Source: Syncephalis fuscata S228 (Eukaryota > Fungi > Zoopagomycota). From it: a stretch of DNA of 64,000 nt. The notes beneath the pieces were generated by a model, which searched no databases, was not told the origin of the DNA, and was given only the letters and a program-made list of their open reading frames with translations. Where the stretch lies: contig JAHLTZ010000003.1 of NCBI GenBank assembly GCA_025786725.1, positions 186,001 through 250,000 of the forward strand, given 5' to 3'. The position numbers and the translations under genes were made by a program. Below are positions 62,270 to 64,000 of the stretch, piece by piece (within the stretch, counting starts at the first letter, position 1; each line of letters begins with the position of its first letter).

Positions 62270-64000
<1,731 letters not shown>

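Overview
Eukaryotic fungal DNA: AT-rich intergenic tracts, short (about 45-110 nt) GT-AG introns and roughly 20 protein-coding genes. The repertoire of orphan 7TM families and repeat-rich secreted proteins suggests an early-diverging fungus, possibly Zoopagales (Syncephalis-like); this taxonomy is an inference. Recognisable genes are two tandem SAM-dependent methyltransferases, a bacterial-type MscS channel with introns, four 7TM proteins, two DUF4097-like membrane proteins, an F-box protein, two Tyr/Pro-rich secreted tandem-repeat proteins, a Mid2-like membrane protein, a soluble cytochrome b5, a TPT-family transporter, a class 3 lipase, SPT4 and the 5' part of mitochondrial leucyl-tRNA synthetase. 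Features missing from the ORF track are: a solitary 5S rRNA gene 7 nt upstream of tRNA-Glu(CTC), a candidate dicistronic Pol III unit; a decayed Fanzor/TnpB RuvC remnant with a possible omegaRNA region; a 720-bp-arm palindrome; a ~790-bp inverted repeat pair bracketing a gene; and two dispersed repeat families whose copies often differ by CpA/TpG-to-TpA transitions (RIP-like). Many genes carry single-base frameshifts in homopolymers, probably sequencing or assembly errors, so frameshifts alone were not taken as proof of pseudogenisation. All alignments and translations were done by eye.
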